Shown: positions 39,030 through 48,757, counted from the first letter of the stretch. The stretch: 64,000 nt of DNA from Candidatus Latescibacterota bacterium (GCA_965206595.1 OZ242214.1:2656001-2720000); one strand, 5' to 3'. Numbers and translations are program-made. The notes: generated from the letters alone by a model not told the origin.

Positions 39030-39989
39030 TTAGCCCGCGATATGCTCGCCGCCGTCGGCACGGACGATGGTGCCGTTGATCCAGCGCGCCTCGTCCGTGC
39101 TCAGCAGGAAGATGACGTCCGCCACCTCCGCGGCCGTGGTCAGCCGCCCGAAGGGATTGCGCAGGGCCGCGGCGGCTTTCAGGTGGTCGCTGCCGGGAAT
39201 CAGCCGCAGGGCGGCCGAGTCGGTCACTCCCGCCTGAACGACGTTGGAGCGGATTCCGTGGGGGGCGTACTCCGCGGCGATGGCGCGGCTCACCGACTCG
39301 AGCGCCACCTTGGCCGCGGCCACCGCGGCGTACCCGCGCCAGGCGACCTCGTTCCCCTCGCTCGTCATCGCCAGCACGCGCGCGTCCCCGGCGAACAGTC
39401 CCGCGCCCGCGGCGAACACCTCCCGGGTCCAGGTCGCCAGGCTCGTGCCCATGCTGTACACGGTGCGCTCGAAATCCTCGTCCTCGAGCACGGCCTTCGC
39501 GTCGTACGGGGGCGGGTTGGCGAGATGGACGAGGCTCCTGGCATCGTCGCTCGAGAAAGCCGCATTCACGGCCTCGGCGAGCCGCTCCGGGTCGACGCCT
39601 AGCTTTTCGGCCAGCAGCCCGCGGTCCCGGGCCCCGGTTTCTCCGAAGGACTCGGTGAGGGGCGCCATGAGCCGCAGGTTGCCGAAGGCTATCGAGTGCA
39701 GCATGGTGCGCACGCGGCCGCGGTCGCCGAGGCGCTCCACGAGGGCGCCGATCACGGTCTGGCGCCCTTCCTGCGACAGGGCGTCGAGGTTGAAGGAGAG
39801 GAAGTCCCCCTCGAAGCGGCGGATCGCATCGAACTCCGGCTCGATCCCCTTCATGGCGCCGCGCCGGTCGCGGTGGACGACGGCGACACTCATCCCGTGG
39901 CGGGCGAGCTTCCTGGCGGCGGCGAGGCCGAAGCCGCTGGAGCCCCCGAGGATCAGCGCCCACTGGTCGGTGTCGAAACGAATGCTCAA
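39030..39989 (-). CDS. SDR enoyl-ACP reductase (FabI/FabL-like)
   Basis: Motifs GGSSGFG, Y-X6-K (YAAVAAAK), NPFGRL and DGG. Confidence 0.78.
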   Translation of the reverse strand: MSIRFDTDQWALILGGSSGFGLAAARKLARHGMSVAVVHRDRRGAMKGIEPEFDAIRRFEGDFLSFNLDALSQEGRQTVIGALVERLGDRGRVRTMLHSIAFGNLRLMAPLTESFGETGARDRGLLAEKLGVDPERLAEAVNAAFSSDDARSLVHLANPPPYDAKAVLEDEDFERTVYSMGTSLATWTREVFAAGAGLFAGDARVLAMTSEGNEVAWRGYAAVAAAKVALESVSRAIAAEYAPHGIRSNVVQAGVTDSAALRLIPGSDHLKAAAALRNPFGRLTTAAEVADVIFLLSTDEARWINGTIVRADGGEHIAG

Positions 39990-40189
39990 AACGGGTTGAG
40001 ATTCTCTCTGGCAGGTGTGAATTGAAAGGGAGAAATCTGTGGGACCAGGGGGCGACTGTCAAAGCCCGGATCGCCTGTCCTCGTCTGCTTCCACCGGTGG
40101 CCGGACATTGCACCCTCGCCCGGCATGCCGGAATATTGATCCGCTTTTCCGCTGCCGCCGGAGGCAGTGGTCGCCCTTGGGAAGAGACC

Positions 40190-41197
40190 ATGAAAATCAC
40201 CCGCATCGAGCAGTTCATCACCGCGGTCCCCCACATACCCGAAATCGAGAAGAGCCGCCCGGGAGACTACCGCGAGCGGCCGATCCCCATCATCAGGGTG
40301 CATACCGACGAGGGGATTCACGGCATCGGCGAAGGGGGCCGCGGCGACAGGTTGGAGAACGTGGAAGAGTGGCTCGGGGTCGATCCGCTGAGCCTCAACC
40401 TGACGACGATGGGGGGCGCCATCGCCATGGCGATGTTCGACATCGTCGGCAAGGCCCTCGGGGTGCCGGCCAACAAGCTGATGGGGAGCAGACACTGGGA
40501 CGAGGTCCCGGTCGGCTGGTGGTCCCCCCCGCTCGAGCCGGCCGAGTTCGCCGCCATGGCCGAGACCGGTGTCCGGCTCGGCTACAAGACCCACAAGCTC
40601 AAGGCGCGGCCCTGGAACATCGTCGAGACCGTCGAGCTGATGACCGCGGCCGCGGGTCCCGACTACGGCATCATCGTCGATCCCAACATGACCTTCGAAA
40701 CCCTGCAGGCGACCCTGCGCATCGCCGGCAAGCTGGAGCGCTACAACATCCAGGCATTCGAAGACCCCTTCCCACGGCTTCCCGGGTGGCACCAGTACCG
40801 CGACTTCCGCCGCCACTCCACCATCCCGCTGGCACCCCACATCGCCGATCCCCAGCTGATCATGAGCGCCATCCGGGCGGAGGCGGCCGACATGTTCAAC
40901 ACCGCCGGCGAGGTCGAGCGCGCCAAGGGGAACGCCGCCATCGCCGAGGCCGCGGGCATGCCGGTCTGGCTGCAGGTGGTCGGCCTCGGACTGGGGGTCT
41001 CGGGAGCCTACGGAACGCACGTGCACTCGGTGATCCCGAACGCGACGATCCCTTCCGACAGCCTGCACTTCACGCGCGAGAACGACCTGATCTCCGGCGC
41101 CCTGACGCCAGAGAACGGGCTCGTCAAGGTCCCCGACACCCCCGGCCTGGGGGTCGAGCTCGACATGGACGCAGTCGAGAAGTACCGCGTCGGCTAA
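40190..41197 (+). CDS. Mandelate racemase/muconate lactonizing (enolase superfamily) enzyme
   Basis: Motifs TDEGIHGIGE, KLK, VDPN, FEDP and PGLGVELD. Confidence 0.88.
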   Translation: MKITRIEQFITAVPHIPEIEKSRPGDYRERPIPIIRVHTDEGIHGIGEGGRGDRLENVEEWLGVDPLSLNLTTMGGAIAMAMFDIVGKALGVPANKLMGSRHWDEVPVGWWSPPLEPAEFAAMAETGVRLGYKTHKLKARPWNIVETVELMTAAAGPDYGIIVDPNMTFETLQATLRIAGKLERYNIQAFEDPFPRLPGWHQYRDFRRHSTIPLAPHIADPQLIMSAIRAEAADMFNTAGEVERAKGNAAIAEAAGMPVWLQVVGLGLGVSGAYGTHVHSVIPNATIPSDSLHFTRENDLISGALTPENGLVKVPDTPGLGVELDMDAVEKYRVG

Positions 41198-41334
41198 GAG
41201 CAAGGAATCCGCGGCGACGAAATCGGGGAAACGGGAAAACCGAGGCGGATCCCCGACTGCTGAAGACGGACCCCGTCTCGACAATTTGCCCCGCGACGTA
41301 AACACGGACGACAGGAGCCGGTAACAGGACGCCG

Positions 41335-42129
41335 ATGGATGAAATGCAGAAATACCTGTTCGACCTCAACGGCTACCTCGTCGTCGAGGACGTGCTGAAC
41401 GCCGCGGAGCTCGCCGTCCTCAACGGCATCGTCGACGGCCGCGAGCTCCCTGCCGATTCCCGCCTTGTCTCCTACGCGGGAGGCCGGCACACCTGCCCCG
41501 GATTCCTCGAATGGGGGCAGCCGTTCGTCGACCTCCTCGACCACCCCGCCGTCATGCCGGTCCTGCGCTTCCGCCTCGGGGACTGCTTCCGGCTCGACAG
41601 GCTCTACAGCATTGTCACGAGCCCCGGGCAGCCGATGGGAAAGTTGCATTCCGACTACGGCGCCTCGTCGCCGCTGGCCGGTTCGGTTCCCGGCGAGTAC
41701 TACCCCTTCCCTCTCAACGAGATTCACAGCGGCTTCGTCGTGGTCTCCTGGAACCTCACCGATTCCGGGCCCGGTCGCGGCGGTTTCTGCTGCCTTCCCG
41801 GCAGCCACAAGAGCAACTACCGGCTGCCGGGACAGATCGCCGAGGAGGGGGAGGACTCCCCCCACGTCGTCGTCCCCGAGGCACCGGCCGGATCGGTCAC
41901 CCTGTTCACCGAGGCCCTCACCCACGGAACCTCGGCCTGGCGCGGCCCCCACCAGCGCCGCACCCTGCTGTTCAAGTACTGCGTGTCGCAGATGGCATGG
42001 GGAAGCGGCCGTGTCCGGCCCCCTGACGGCTGCCCACTGACCGCGCGCCAGCAGCAGCTGCTGGCCGAACCCGCGGAGCCGTACCGGTTCTTCCCGTCCC
42101 TGTTCGAGGTGGAGGAAACAAGCGCATGA
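41335..42129 (+). CDS. Phytanoyl-CoA dioxygenase family protein
   Basis: Motifs FDLNGYLV, LHSD, PGSHK and EALTHGT..W...RR. Confidence 0.88.
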   Translation: MDEMQKYLFDLNGYLVVEDVLNAAELAVLNGIVDGRELPADSRLVSYAGGRHTCPGFLEWGQPFVDLLDHPAVMPVLRFRLGDCFRLDRLYSIVTSPGQPMGKLHSDYGASSPLAGSVPGEYYPFPLNEIHSGFVVVSWNLTDSGPGRGGFCCLPGSHKSNYRLPGQIAEEGEDSPHVVVPEAPAGSVTLFTEALTHGTSAWRGPHQRRTLLFKYCVSQMAWGSGRVRPPDGCPLTARQQQLLAEPAEPYRFFPSLFEVEETSA

Positions 42130-42650
42130 GTCTCGCCGCTCTCGGAGCCCCCGCAGGAGCCCTTCTCAAGGAGCGCGGCCACACCATCGCCGTGGCGGAG
42201 TCATCCGCCGGAGGTGTGATTGGCGCCGCCCTGCTCGCCGTTCCCGGGGCATCGGCCTATTTCAAGGGAGGTGGGGTCGTCTACACCGGCGCTTCCAAGC
42301 AGACCCTGATTGCGGTGCCGGACGAGGCCATGGCGGAGGCGCGCGCCGCCACCGAAACGCACGCCCTCCACCTCGCCCGCGCCGCCAGGCAGAGGCTCGG
42401 CGCCGACTGGGGCATCGGGGAAACCGGCGCGGCAGGACCTGCCGGCAACCGCTACGGCGACCCCCCGGGGCACACCTGCATCGCGGTTTCAGGACCCGTG
42501 GAGAAAGCGATCACGGTGGCGACCGGAAGCGACAGGCGAGAGGAAAACATGTGGGCGTTCGCGAGCGCCGCTCTGGACCTGCTCGCGGAGTGCATCAGCC
42601 AAGAGCTTCTTTCCCGAGGCGGGGACGGAAGGAACTTGACCCCCTCGTAA
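42126..42650 (+). CDS. CinA C-terminal/PncC family protein
   Basis: Motifs AVAESSAGG, PGASAYF and ETGAAGP. Confidence 0.85.
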   Translation: MSLAALGAPAGALLKERGHTIAVAESSAGGVIGAALLAVPGASAYFKGGGVVYTGASKQTLIAVPDEAMAEARAATETHALHLARAARQRLGADWGIGETGAAGPAGNRYGDPPGHTCIAVSGPVEKAITVATGSDRREENMWAFASAALDLLAECISQELLSRGGDGRNLTPS

Positions 42651-42841
42651 AAAACCAATTCAGGAAAATCGGCGATTCAGCACGGTGAATCGCCACTGAA
42701 TGTTGGGGTTGGAAGGCAGCAATACACCTTATGATGTATCACCACATCGGCCGTTCTGGACGACCCAGGTTTTTACGAGCGGATCAAACTTCGGTTAAAA
42801 GAAAATCGGAGAGCGGGCGGGACTGAGGAGAAAGTGATGCG

Positions 42842-42870
42842 GGCCGCGGCGGACCTTGTCCGCCGCGGCC
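42842..42870 (-). terminator. Perfect 13-bp GC hairpin, probable terminator downstream of the YtxH-like gene
   Basis: GGCCGCGGCGGAC-CTT-GTCCGCCGCGGCC; only a weak T-tract follows. Confidence 0.5.
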
Positions 42871-42916
42871 GCTATTGAGAATCTCCGCCCCCGGTGCCTG
42901 AGGGCGAAGGGTCTAT

Positions 42917-43150
42917 CTAATGTTCAACAACATCCTCCACCGAGTCGTTCCCGTGGTGGCGAACCCGATCGACGTACGACTGGCCCTTGTTCCAGGCCTC
43001 GCCGACTCCGCGGCGCACCGATTCGCGGGATTCCCGGCCGGCCTTGGGAGCCAACAGCATGCCGGCTGCCAGTCCCACGGCCAGGCCGCCGACCGCGCCG
43101 ACACCCAGAAGTCCTAAAGAAATCCCTATGGTTTTCATGTAGCTGTTCAT
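42917..43150 (-). CDS. YtxH-like small membrane protein
   Basis: Gly-rich TM segment followed by GMLLAPKAGRESR; GGAG RBS. Confidence 0.8.
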   Translation of the reverse strand: MNSYMKTIGISLGLLGVGAVGGLAVGLAAGMLLAPKAGRESRESVRRGVGEAWNKGQSYVDRVRHHGNDSVEDVVEH

Positions 43151-43456
43151 TTGGATTCTCCCTTTGTGAAAAGTGAAGTTTCACGAGTTCTCGAACTATA
43201 GCGAGGGAAATCAATCTGCCCATGCCGAAGTCGGTTTCCCGTCGCCATTCGACAGTCTCGATTGTCTTCAATGATATAGGGAACGGGGTCGATTAGTCAA
43301 TTAAGGATTCTCTCGAAAAACTTGCTCCTTCATTAAGGATCGATTTTAATACACCATATAGCATATTTCCTCTCCGTTAACCCCAACAAATAGTAGCACA
43401 GCAAGGTGCTGACTCGCTGAAATTCCCTGCACCAGGTGCCTGCCAGGAGTCGAAAA

Positions 43457-43595
43457 TTGAAAATCACCGGCATCGATACTGTCATGATCGATTCCCCGGG
43501 CCGCAAATGGACCATCGTCCAGGTGTTCACCGACGAGGGGATCACCGGCTTCGGGGTAGAGCTCGACATGGACGGCGTCGAGGGGCACCGTTGGC
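43457..43595 (+). pseudogene. Enolase-superfamily gene collapsed to N- plus C-terminus
   Basis: AGGAG RBS; LKITGIDT..VFTDEGITG is joined directly to FGVELDMDGVE. Confidence 0.78.
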
Positions 43596-43655
43596 GGCCA
43601 CGATGCCCGCCATCAAACGCCGGAAACGGACCGGTGAACACAGCAAGGGGTTGCA

Positions 43656-44204
43656 ATGATGGAGATGGAAATCAACGCGGCATCCCTCGCCCTGGTGCGA
43701 GGGGACATCACGAAGGAACAGGTCGATGCGATCGTCAACGCCGCCAATGATCGGCTCATGGGAGGCGGCGGGGTCGACGGCGCCATTCACCGCGCCGGGG
43801 GACAGGCTATCGCCGCCGAGTGCAGGGAGATCCGCGCCCACCAGGGCGGTTGCCCAACCGGCCGGGCGGTGATAACCAGCGCGGGTAACCTTCCCGCAAG
43901 GCACGTCATCCACACGGTCGGGCCGGTATGGCGAGGCGGAAGCGCCGGGGAACCGGAGCTGCTCGCCAGTTGCTACCGGGAAAGCCTGGTGCTGGCAGTG
44001 GCGCACGGCATCAGGACGACCGCCTTCCCTTCGATCAGCACAGGCGTGTACGGCTACCCGCTGGGGGCAGCCGCGGCCGTCGCTCTCGGCACGGTCAGGC
44101 AATTCCTCGAAATGCGCGCCGGCATCGGCGAGGTGCGTTTCGTCCTCTTCAACGACGAGGCCTGCCGCTGTTTTTCAGATGCCCTCGCGAAGATGGATTT
44201 GTAA
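43656..44204 (+). CDS. ymdB: Macro-domain O-acetyl-ADP-ribose deacetylase
   Basis: Motifs GDIT, AIVNAAN, GGGGVDGAIHRA, VIHTVGP and AFPSISTGVYGYP. Confidence 0.9.
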   Translation: MMEMEINAASLALVRGDITKEQVDAIVNAANDRLMGGGGVDGAIHRAGGQAIAAECREIRAHQGGCPTGRAVITSAGNLPARHVIHTVGPVWRGGSAGEPELLASCYRESLVLAVAHGIRTTAFPSISTGVYGYPLGAAAAVALGTVRQFLEMRAGIGEVRFVLFNDEACRCFSDALAKMDL

Positions 44205-44386
44205 GGAACCGCCAGACGGAGCCAGGGGCAGCAATTCAGTGGCAGGGGAATTCCGTCCCTGACTGGGCGGCTTTGGCCTCTCCAGAGAAACCGCGGTTCA
44301 ATCCTCCCCGGAACATCGGCGCCAGTTCTACCCCCAGTACGTTCTCGGCGCCCGCGGTTTTCAGATGCCCTCGCAAGGATGGATTT
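44172..44386. repeat. 29-bp direct repeat (44172-44200 and 44358-44386)
   Basis: TTTTCAGATGCCCTCGC(G/A)A(A/G)GATGGATTT, 2 mismatches. Confidence 0.85.
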
Positions 44387-46052
44387 TTCTGGCACCCCCT
44401 GCGGGGCGAACTCGGGGGCCGTTCAGCAATCTTCCCAACCAGGTGTAGCGGACCAGGAACCGGTAGGCCAGCAACAGCAGGCCGGTGACTGCTGCAATCA
44501 CCAGGGCGAACTTCAGCGCGGAGGGAAGCGGCCAGTCCCGCACCGCCAATTGGGCGCCGATGATCAGCGGCAGATGCGTCACGTACAGCCAGTACGACGA
44601 ATCCGACACATAGCGAATCGTACTGTTTTCGCGGGCGCAGAGTTTGCGAACCAGGCCGATGCAGGCGAAGGCCATCGTCCAGGGATAGACGGCCTGCAAC
44701 GCCACCGCCGCCGCCCGGGCCGTTGCCGGGTCGAATATCTCATGGCGGAATCCGAATGCACCCGTTGAGAATTCGAGGCCGAGCGGAAAGAGGATCAACA
44801 GCCCCGGGGGAAGCGCCAGCCACCACCATTTCCCCACCCTGCCGTCCCGGTCGTCGCAGTCGAAATACAGGGCGCCGAAGGCGAAAAAGAGGGCGTAGAA
44901 AAGCATGACGTGCGGCATGGGCAGCAGACCCAGGGAGGTATCCGGCCCGAAGCCGGGCACCACCAGTCCCATGAGCGACTGCGGGATCATCGTCAGGGGG
45001 ATCAACCAGAGAAACCGAACCGGCGACAGAACCAGCCACTCCGGGGACCTCGGCCATTTCATCCAGCCGACGAGGCCGGCGCTCAGTGCATAAAGGAGGA
45101 CCAGCCACCAGAGGAACCACAGGAACCACAAGTGGTGGAACAGCGGGGCTGCAAAGACCGGTGCCCCCATGGCTTTGGTAAACTCGAGGGCCGCCGATTG
45201 CTCCTTTGCCTTGCCTGTTTCTTCCCGATCGTCCCCAGTGGATGATCGTTCGAGCATTCCGGCGATCTGGACCCGGCCGGCCTCGACTTCTTCTTGGTCG
45301 ATCTCAATCTGCAACAAGCCTGCCAGGTACCGGGTCAGTTCCCAGCCCGCCTCCAGGGCACCCCGGGGCGTATCGCCGTTGTGGTTCTTCGCCTCGGGAT
45401 CCGCCCCATGCTGAAGCAACAGTTGGGCGACTTCCGCACGTCCCAGGAAAGCGGCCGCGTGCAGGGGCGTTGCGCCATCCCTGGCGCGGCCGTTGACCGC
45501 GGCACCGTTTTCAAGCAGCCACTCGACCGCTTCCGCCCGGCCGGTTAAGCCCGCCCAAACCAGGGGAGTCAGCCCGGACGCCGGGTCCATCCCATCGACA
45601 TCGGCCCCGTCCCGCAGGTGCCGTTCCATGGCGGCGAGGTCCCCGTTCCGGGCGGCGCTCCAGATACTGTCTTTTGCGGCCTTGTCCGCGTCGACTTCGA
45701 ATGCAGATGCAATAGCCCAGCCGCTGATCCAGTTGACCGCGGGAACGATGGTCACCAGCCCGAGCAGGAACGGCAGCAACACGCGGCGAAAGCGGTGGGA
45801 GAGCATGGATCTCAGGCCGCGGCGGCGCCAGAGCATGGCGGTGAAGAAGCCGCTCAGCAGGAAGAACACCGGCATGCGGAAGCCGTGGATCGCAGCGAAC
45901 AGCAGCCAGTAGAACCCGCTCTGCCGCTCATCCTGCACCGGCCAGGGAAACGGAGTGAAGGACAACCCCGCGTGCAGGACGATGCCGAGCAGCATGACCG
46001 CGGCGCGCAGGGCGTCGAGGTCGCAGCGGCGAGGGTGGGGGGCGCTGGTCAT
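44361..46052 (-). CDS. Acyltransferase_3 (OpgC/MdoC-like) membrane protein with ankyrin-repeat insertion
   Basis: Motifs LDALRA, FRMPVFFLLSG, HLWFL and SYWLYVTH; ankyrin motifs GLTPL, GATPLHAA and GDTP. Confidence 0.88.
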   Translation of the reverse strand: MTSAPHPRRCDLDALRAAVMLLGIVLHAGLSFTPFPWPVQDERQSGFYWLLFAAIHGFRMPVFFLLSGFFTAMLWRRRGLRSMLSHRFRRVLLPFLLGLVTIVPAVNWISGWAIASAFEVDADKAAKDSIWSAARNGDLAAMERHLRDGADVDGMDPASGLTPLVWAGLTGRAEAVEWLLENGAAVNGRARDGATPLHAAAFLGRAEVAQLLLQHGADPEAKNHNGDTPRGALEAGWELTRYLAGLLQIEIDQEEVEAGRVQIAGMLERSSTGDDREETGKAKEQSAALEFTKAMGAPVFAAPLFHHLWFLWFLWWLVLLYALSAGLVGWMKWPRSPEWLVLSPVRFLWLIPLTMIPQSLMGLVVPGFGPDTSLGLLPMPHVMLFYALFFAFGALYFDCDDRDGRVGKWWWLALPPGLLILFPLGLEFSTGAFGFRHEIFDPATARAAAVALQAVYPWTMAFACIGLVRKLCARENSTIRYVSDSSYWLYVTHLPLIIGAQLAVRDWPLPSALKFALVIAAVTGLLLLAYRFLVRYTWLGRLLNGPRVRPAGGARKIHPCEGI

Positions 46053-46164
46053 GAGGGGCGGTCCGGGTGGAGGAGCGGTCCACTTGTGCCTGAGCAGACA
46101 GCACGGGGCGCTCCGCTTCCGTCGATTCGATGCATTCCCCCTGCGGCAAGCCGCGGCCCCTCCC

Positions 46165-48729
46165 TCAGTTCGCGGGAAAGGCCTCGCGATACCGCTCGAA
46201 TGCTGCCGCGGTCCCGCAGAGGTAGATCGCGTCCCCCTCGGCAAGCCGGAACGAGGGGGAAAACTCCATGACCACCTCGCCTCCCCGCTCGACGGCGACG
46301 ACGGAGCAGCCGGTGCGCTCGCGGACCCGCGTCCGCGACAGCTCCTGCCCCGCCAGTTTCCCAACCTCCTTCCTGGTGAGCCGGATGCGGGGCTGGTGGG
46401 AGACGACCTCGTCGAGGACGTAGCGCGACAGCAGCTGGGCGGAAACCTGGCTCACCGACAGGGCGAAGTCGGCCCCGGCCTGCTGGATGCGGCCGGCGTT
46501 CTCGACCAGCAGGGCGCTGGCGATGATCGGCACCTCCGGGGCGAAATCCCTGATCACCCTGGCCGCCAGCAGCGCGGCGCTGTCGCTGGCCGCGGTCAGC
46601 ACCACCACCCGCGCCTCGGTTACGCCGGCGCGCTCGAGGACCCGGGTGTCGAGGACGTCGCCGACGACAGTGACTTCCGGGCCCTCGGTCTCGGCGATGA
46701 CGCGCACCTCCTCGCCGGCATCTGTCAGCATCCCGACGAGGTTCTTTCCCACCTCCCCGGTGCCGGCGACGACGATGGGGCCTTCGGCGGCGATGGGCCG
46801 GCTGATCTCGCTGAGGCGGCGGATGCTGGCGGGATTCCCGGCGGCGATCAGGATGGTCCCCGGCTCGAGGGAGCGGTCGGACGGAGGCGGCGAATCGAGG
46901 ACGTCTCCCGCCCACCGACCGACGATATGGGCACCGGTGCGGGAGTGGATTCCGGTCTCGGACAGGGTCCTGTTGGCGAGGGGACCGCCTTCCCGCACCC
47001 GGACCTCCGCGATCTCGAGCAATCCCTCCAGCGCCTGGGCCCCGGTCAGGCGCGGGCTGATCCTGCTGCTGGCGCGCACCGCCAGGGCCCCGGCCAGCAG
47101 GTGCGTCGGTGTGAACGCCGCGGTCGCCCCGGCCAGCTGCATGGCGGCGCGCCGGTTGGGATTGTCGACCAGGGCCACCAGCGGACCGGAGAAGCCGTGC
47201 TCGCGCGCTCCCGCGGCAAGCAGGGCGTTGAGCTCGTCCTGACCGTTGGCGATCACCGCCCGCGCCAGGGCGAGGGGCTCGAAGTCGAGGGCCTCCTCGG
47301 CCAGCGAGGTGTACACGACCTGTTGCCCACGCGCCTGCAGCCGCCTGGCCTCCTCCTCGTCCTCCTCGATGACGACGGTGGGCTGATCCCGGCTCGCCAG
47401 CTCCCCCATCAGGGCGTCGACCTCGGGGCCGTACCCGTAGATGACCACCGCGTCCGGTTCGGCGGGAAGTGCCGAGGGAAGCCTGCCGTCGGAAAGCTCG
47501 GCGACGAGCGGCGAACCGAACTTGTCGATCTGCACCACCCCGCGGGTGGCGTCCCTGTCGCGGGCCGCCTTTCCCTCGAGCAGCACAGCGCACCCCTTGA
47601 GAGCCAGCGGCGTGAACAGGTTCATCAGGAAGGCGGAGAAGATCAGGGCGGAGAAGACGGGCTGGTCGATGGCGCCCTGGGCAAGCGCCAGGGAGGCGAG
47701 GATGAAGGCCACCTCGGCGCGGCCGCACATGCCCACCCCGACGGTGAACGCTTCGCGCGCCGGAATCCCCATGCGCAGGGCCATGGCCCCGGCGCTGAGG
47801 ATCTGTCCGGCGATCACGGCGACCGTGAGCAGGACCATGAAACCGACCCAGGAGGCGCTGATGTCGAAGGTGACCGAGAACCCCAGGGAGATGAAGAAGA
47901 TCGGCCCGAGGAAGGAGTAGGCGATTCCGTAGGCGCGGTCCTTGACCACCCTGACGAGGTTGGGGTGGGCGACCTTCTCCTCGAAGAAAAGGCCGGCGAG
48001 GTAGGCGCCGAGGATCATGTGCAGGCCGATCGCCTCGGCGAAGAGGCCGGCGGCGAAGGCCGTCAGCAGGACGAAGGTGAACCCCTTGCCCCCCTCCGAG
48101 CGGAACGGCAGCGACAGGCGCGGATAGAGGAAGCGGCCGACCAGCACCGAGACGGCGAAGAACCCGGTCACCTTGCCGGCGGTGAGGGCGATGACGGCCG
48201 GCTCGAACCCCCCGCCCGACAGCAGGCCGAGGACGAGGCTGAAGAGCACCAGGGTCAGCAGGTCGTTTATGACGCAGCTGGCGAGGATGAGGCGGGCGAC
48301 CCGGGTGTTGTCCAGCCGCAGGTCCTTGAGGCACTTGAGGGTGACGACCACCGCGGTCGCCGTGCCGATGGTCAGCCCGACGAAGGTAGCGCCGACGAGG
48401 TCGAGGCCGAACAGGATCGCAACCCCGAAGCTGATCGCGAACGGCACCGCGGCCCCGGCCAGGGCGATCCCGAGGGAGCGCTTGAGGGCGTCGAAGAACT
48501 GCACCGGCTGGGTCTCGACGCCGGCGTGGAACATCAGGAAGAAGATGCCGATCTCGGCGAGCAGCTCGATCGCATGGCCGGGGGCGATCAGCCCGAGGAC
48601 CGCCGGCCCCACCAGCACCCCGACGATCAGCTCCCCCATCACCGTCGGCAGTCCGAGAGGGCGCAGGGTGACGGCGACGAGCCAGATGCCGGCGAGCAGG
48701 ATCAGCAGATCGAGGGCGACTTCATGCAT
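46165..48729 (-). CDS. CPA2 cation:proton antiporter with tandem RCK (TrkA-N/TrkA-C) modules
   Basis: Multi-TM N-terminal half (GELIVG, INDL, GRAEV); Rossmann motifs IYGYG and VAGTG, each followed by a TrkA-C-like segment. Confidence 0.87.
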   Translation of the reverse strand: MHEVALDLLILLAGIWLVAVTLRPLGLPTVMGELIVGVLVGPAVLGLIAPGHAIELLAEIGIFFLMFHAGVETQPVQFFDALKRSLGIALAGAAVPFAISFGVAILFGLDLVGATFVGLTIGTATAVVVTLKCLKDLRLDNTRVARLILASCVINDLLTLVLFSLVLGLLSGGGFEPAVIALTAGKVTGFFAVSVLVGRFLYPRLSLPFRSEGGKGFTFVLLTAFAAGLFAEAIGLHMILGAYLAGLFFEEKVAHPNLVRVVKDRAYGIAYSFLGPIFFISLGFSVTFDISASWVGFMVLLTVAVIAGQILSAGAMALRMGIPAREAFTVGVGMCGRAEVAFILASLALAQGAIDQPVFSALIFSAFLMNLFTPLALKGCAVLLEGKAARDRDATRGVVQIDKFGSPLVAELSDGRLPSALPAEPDAVVIYGYGPEVDALMGELASRDQPTVVIEEDEEEARRLQARGQQVVYTSLAEEALDFEPLALARAVIANGQDELNALLAAGAREHGFSGPLVALVDNPNRRAAMQLAGATAAFTPTHLLAGALAVRASSRISPRLTGAQALEGLLEIAEVRVREGGPLANRTLSETGIHSRTGAHIVGRWAGDVLDSPPPSDRSLEPGTILIAAGNPASIRRLSEISRPIAAEGPIVVAGTGEVGKNLVGMLTDAGEEVRVIAETEGPEVTVVGDVLDTRVLERAGVTEARVVVLTAASDSAALLAARVIRDFAPEVPIIASALLVENAGRIQQAGADFALSVSQVSAQLLSRYVLDEVVSHQPRIRLTRKEVGKLAGQELSRTRVRERTGCSVVAVERGGEVVMEFSPSFRLAEGDAIYLCGTAAAFERYREAFPAN

Positions 48730-48757
48730 GGCGTTTCAGCCGCTGTGGGCGCCGGCG

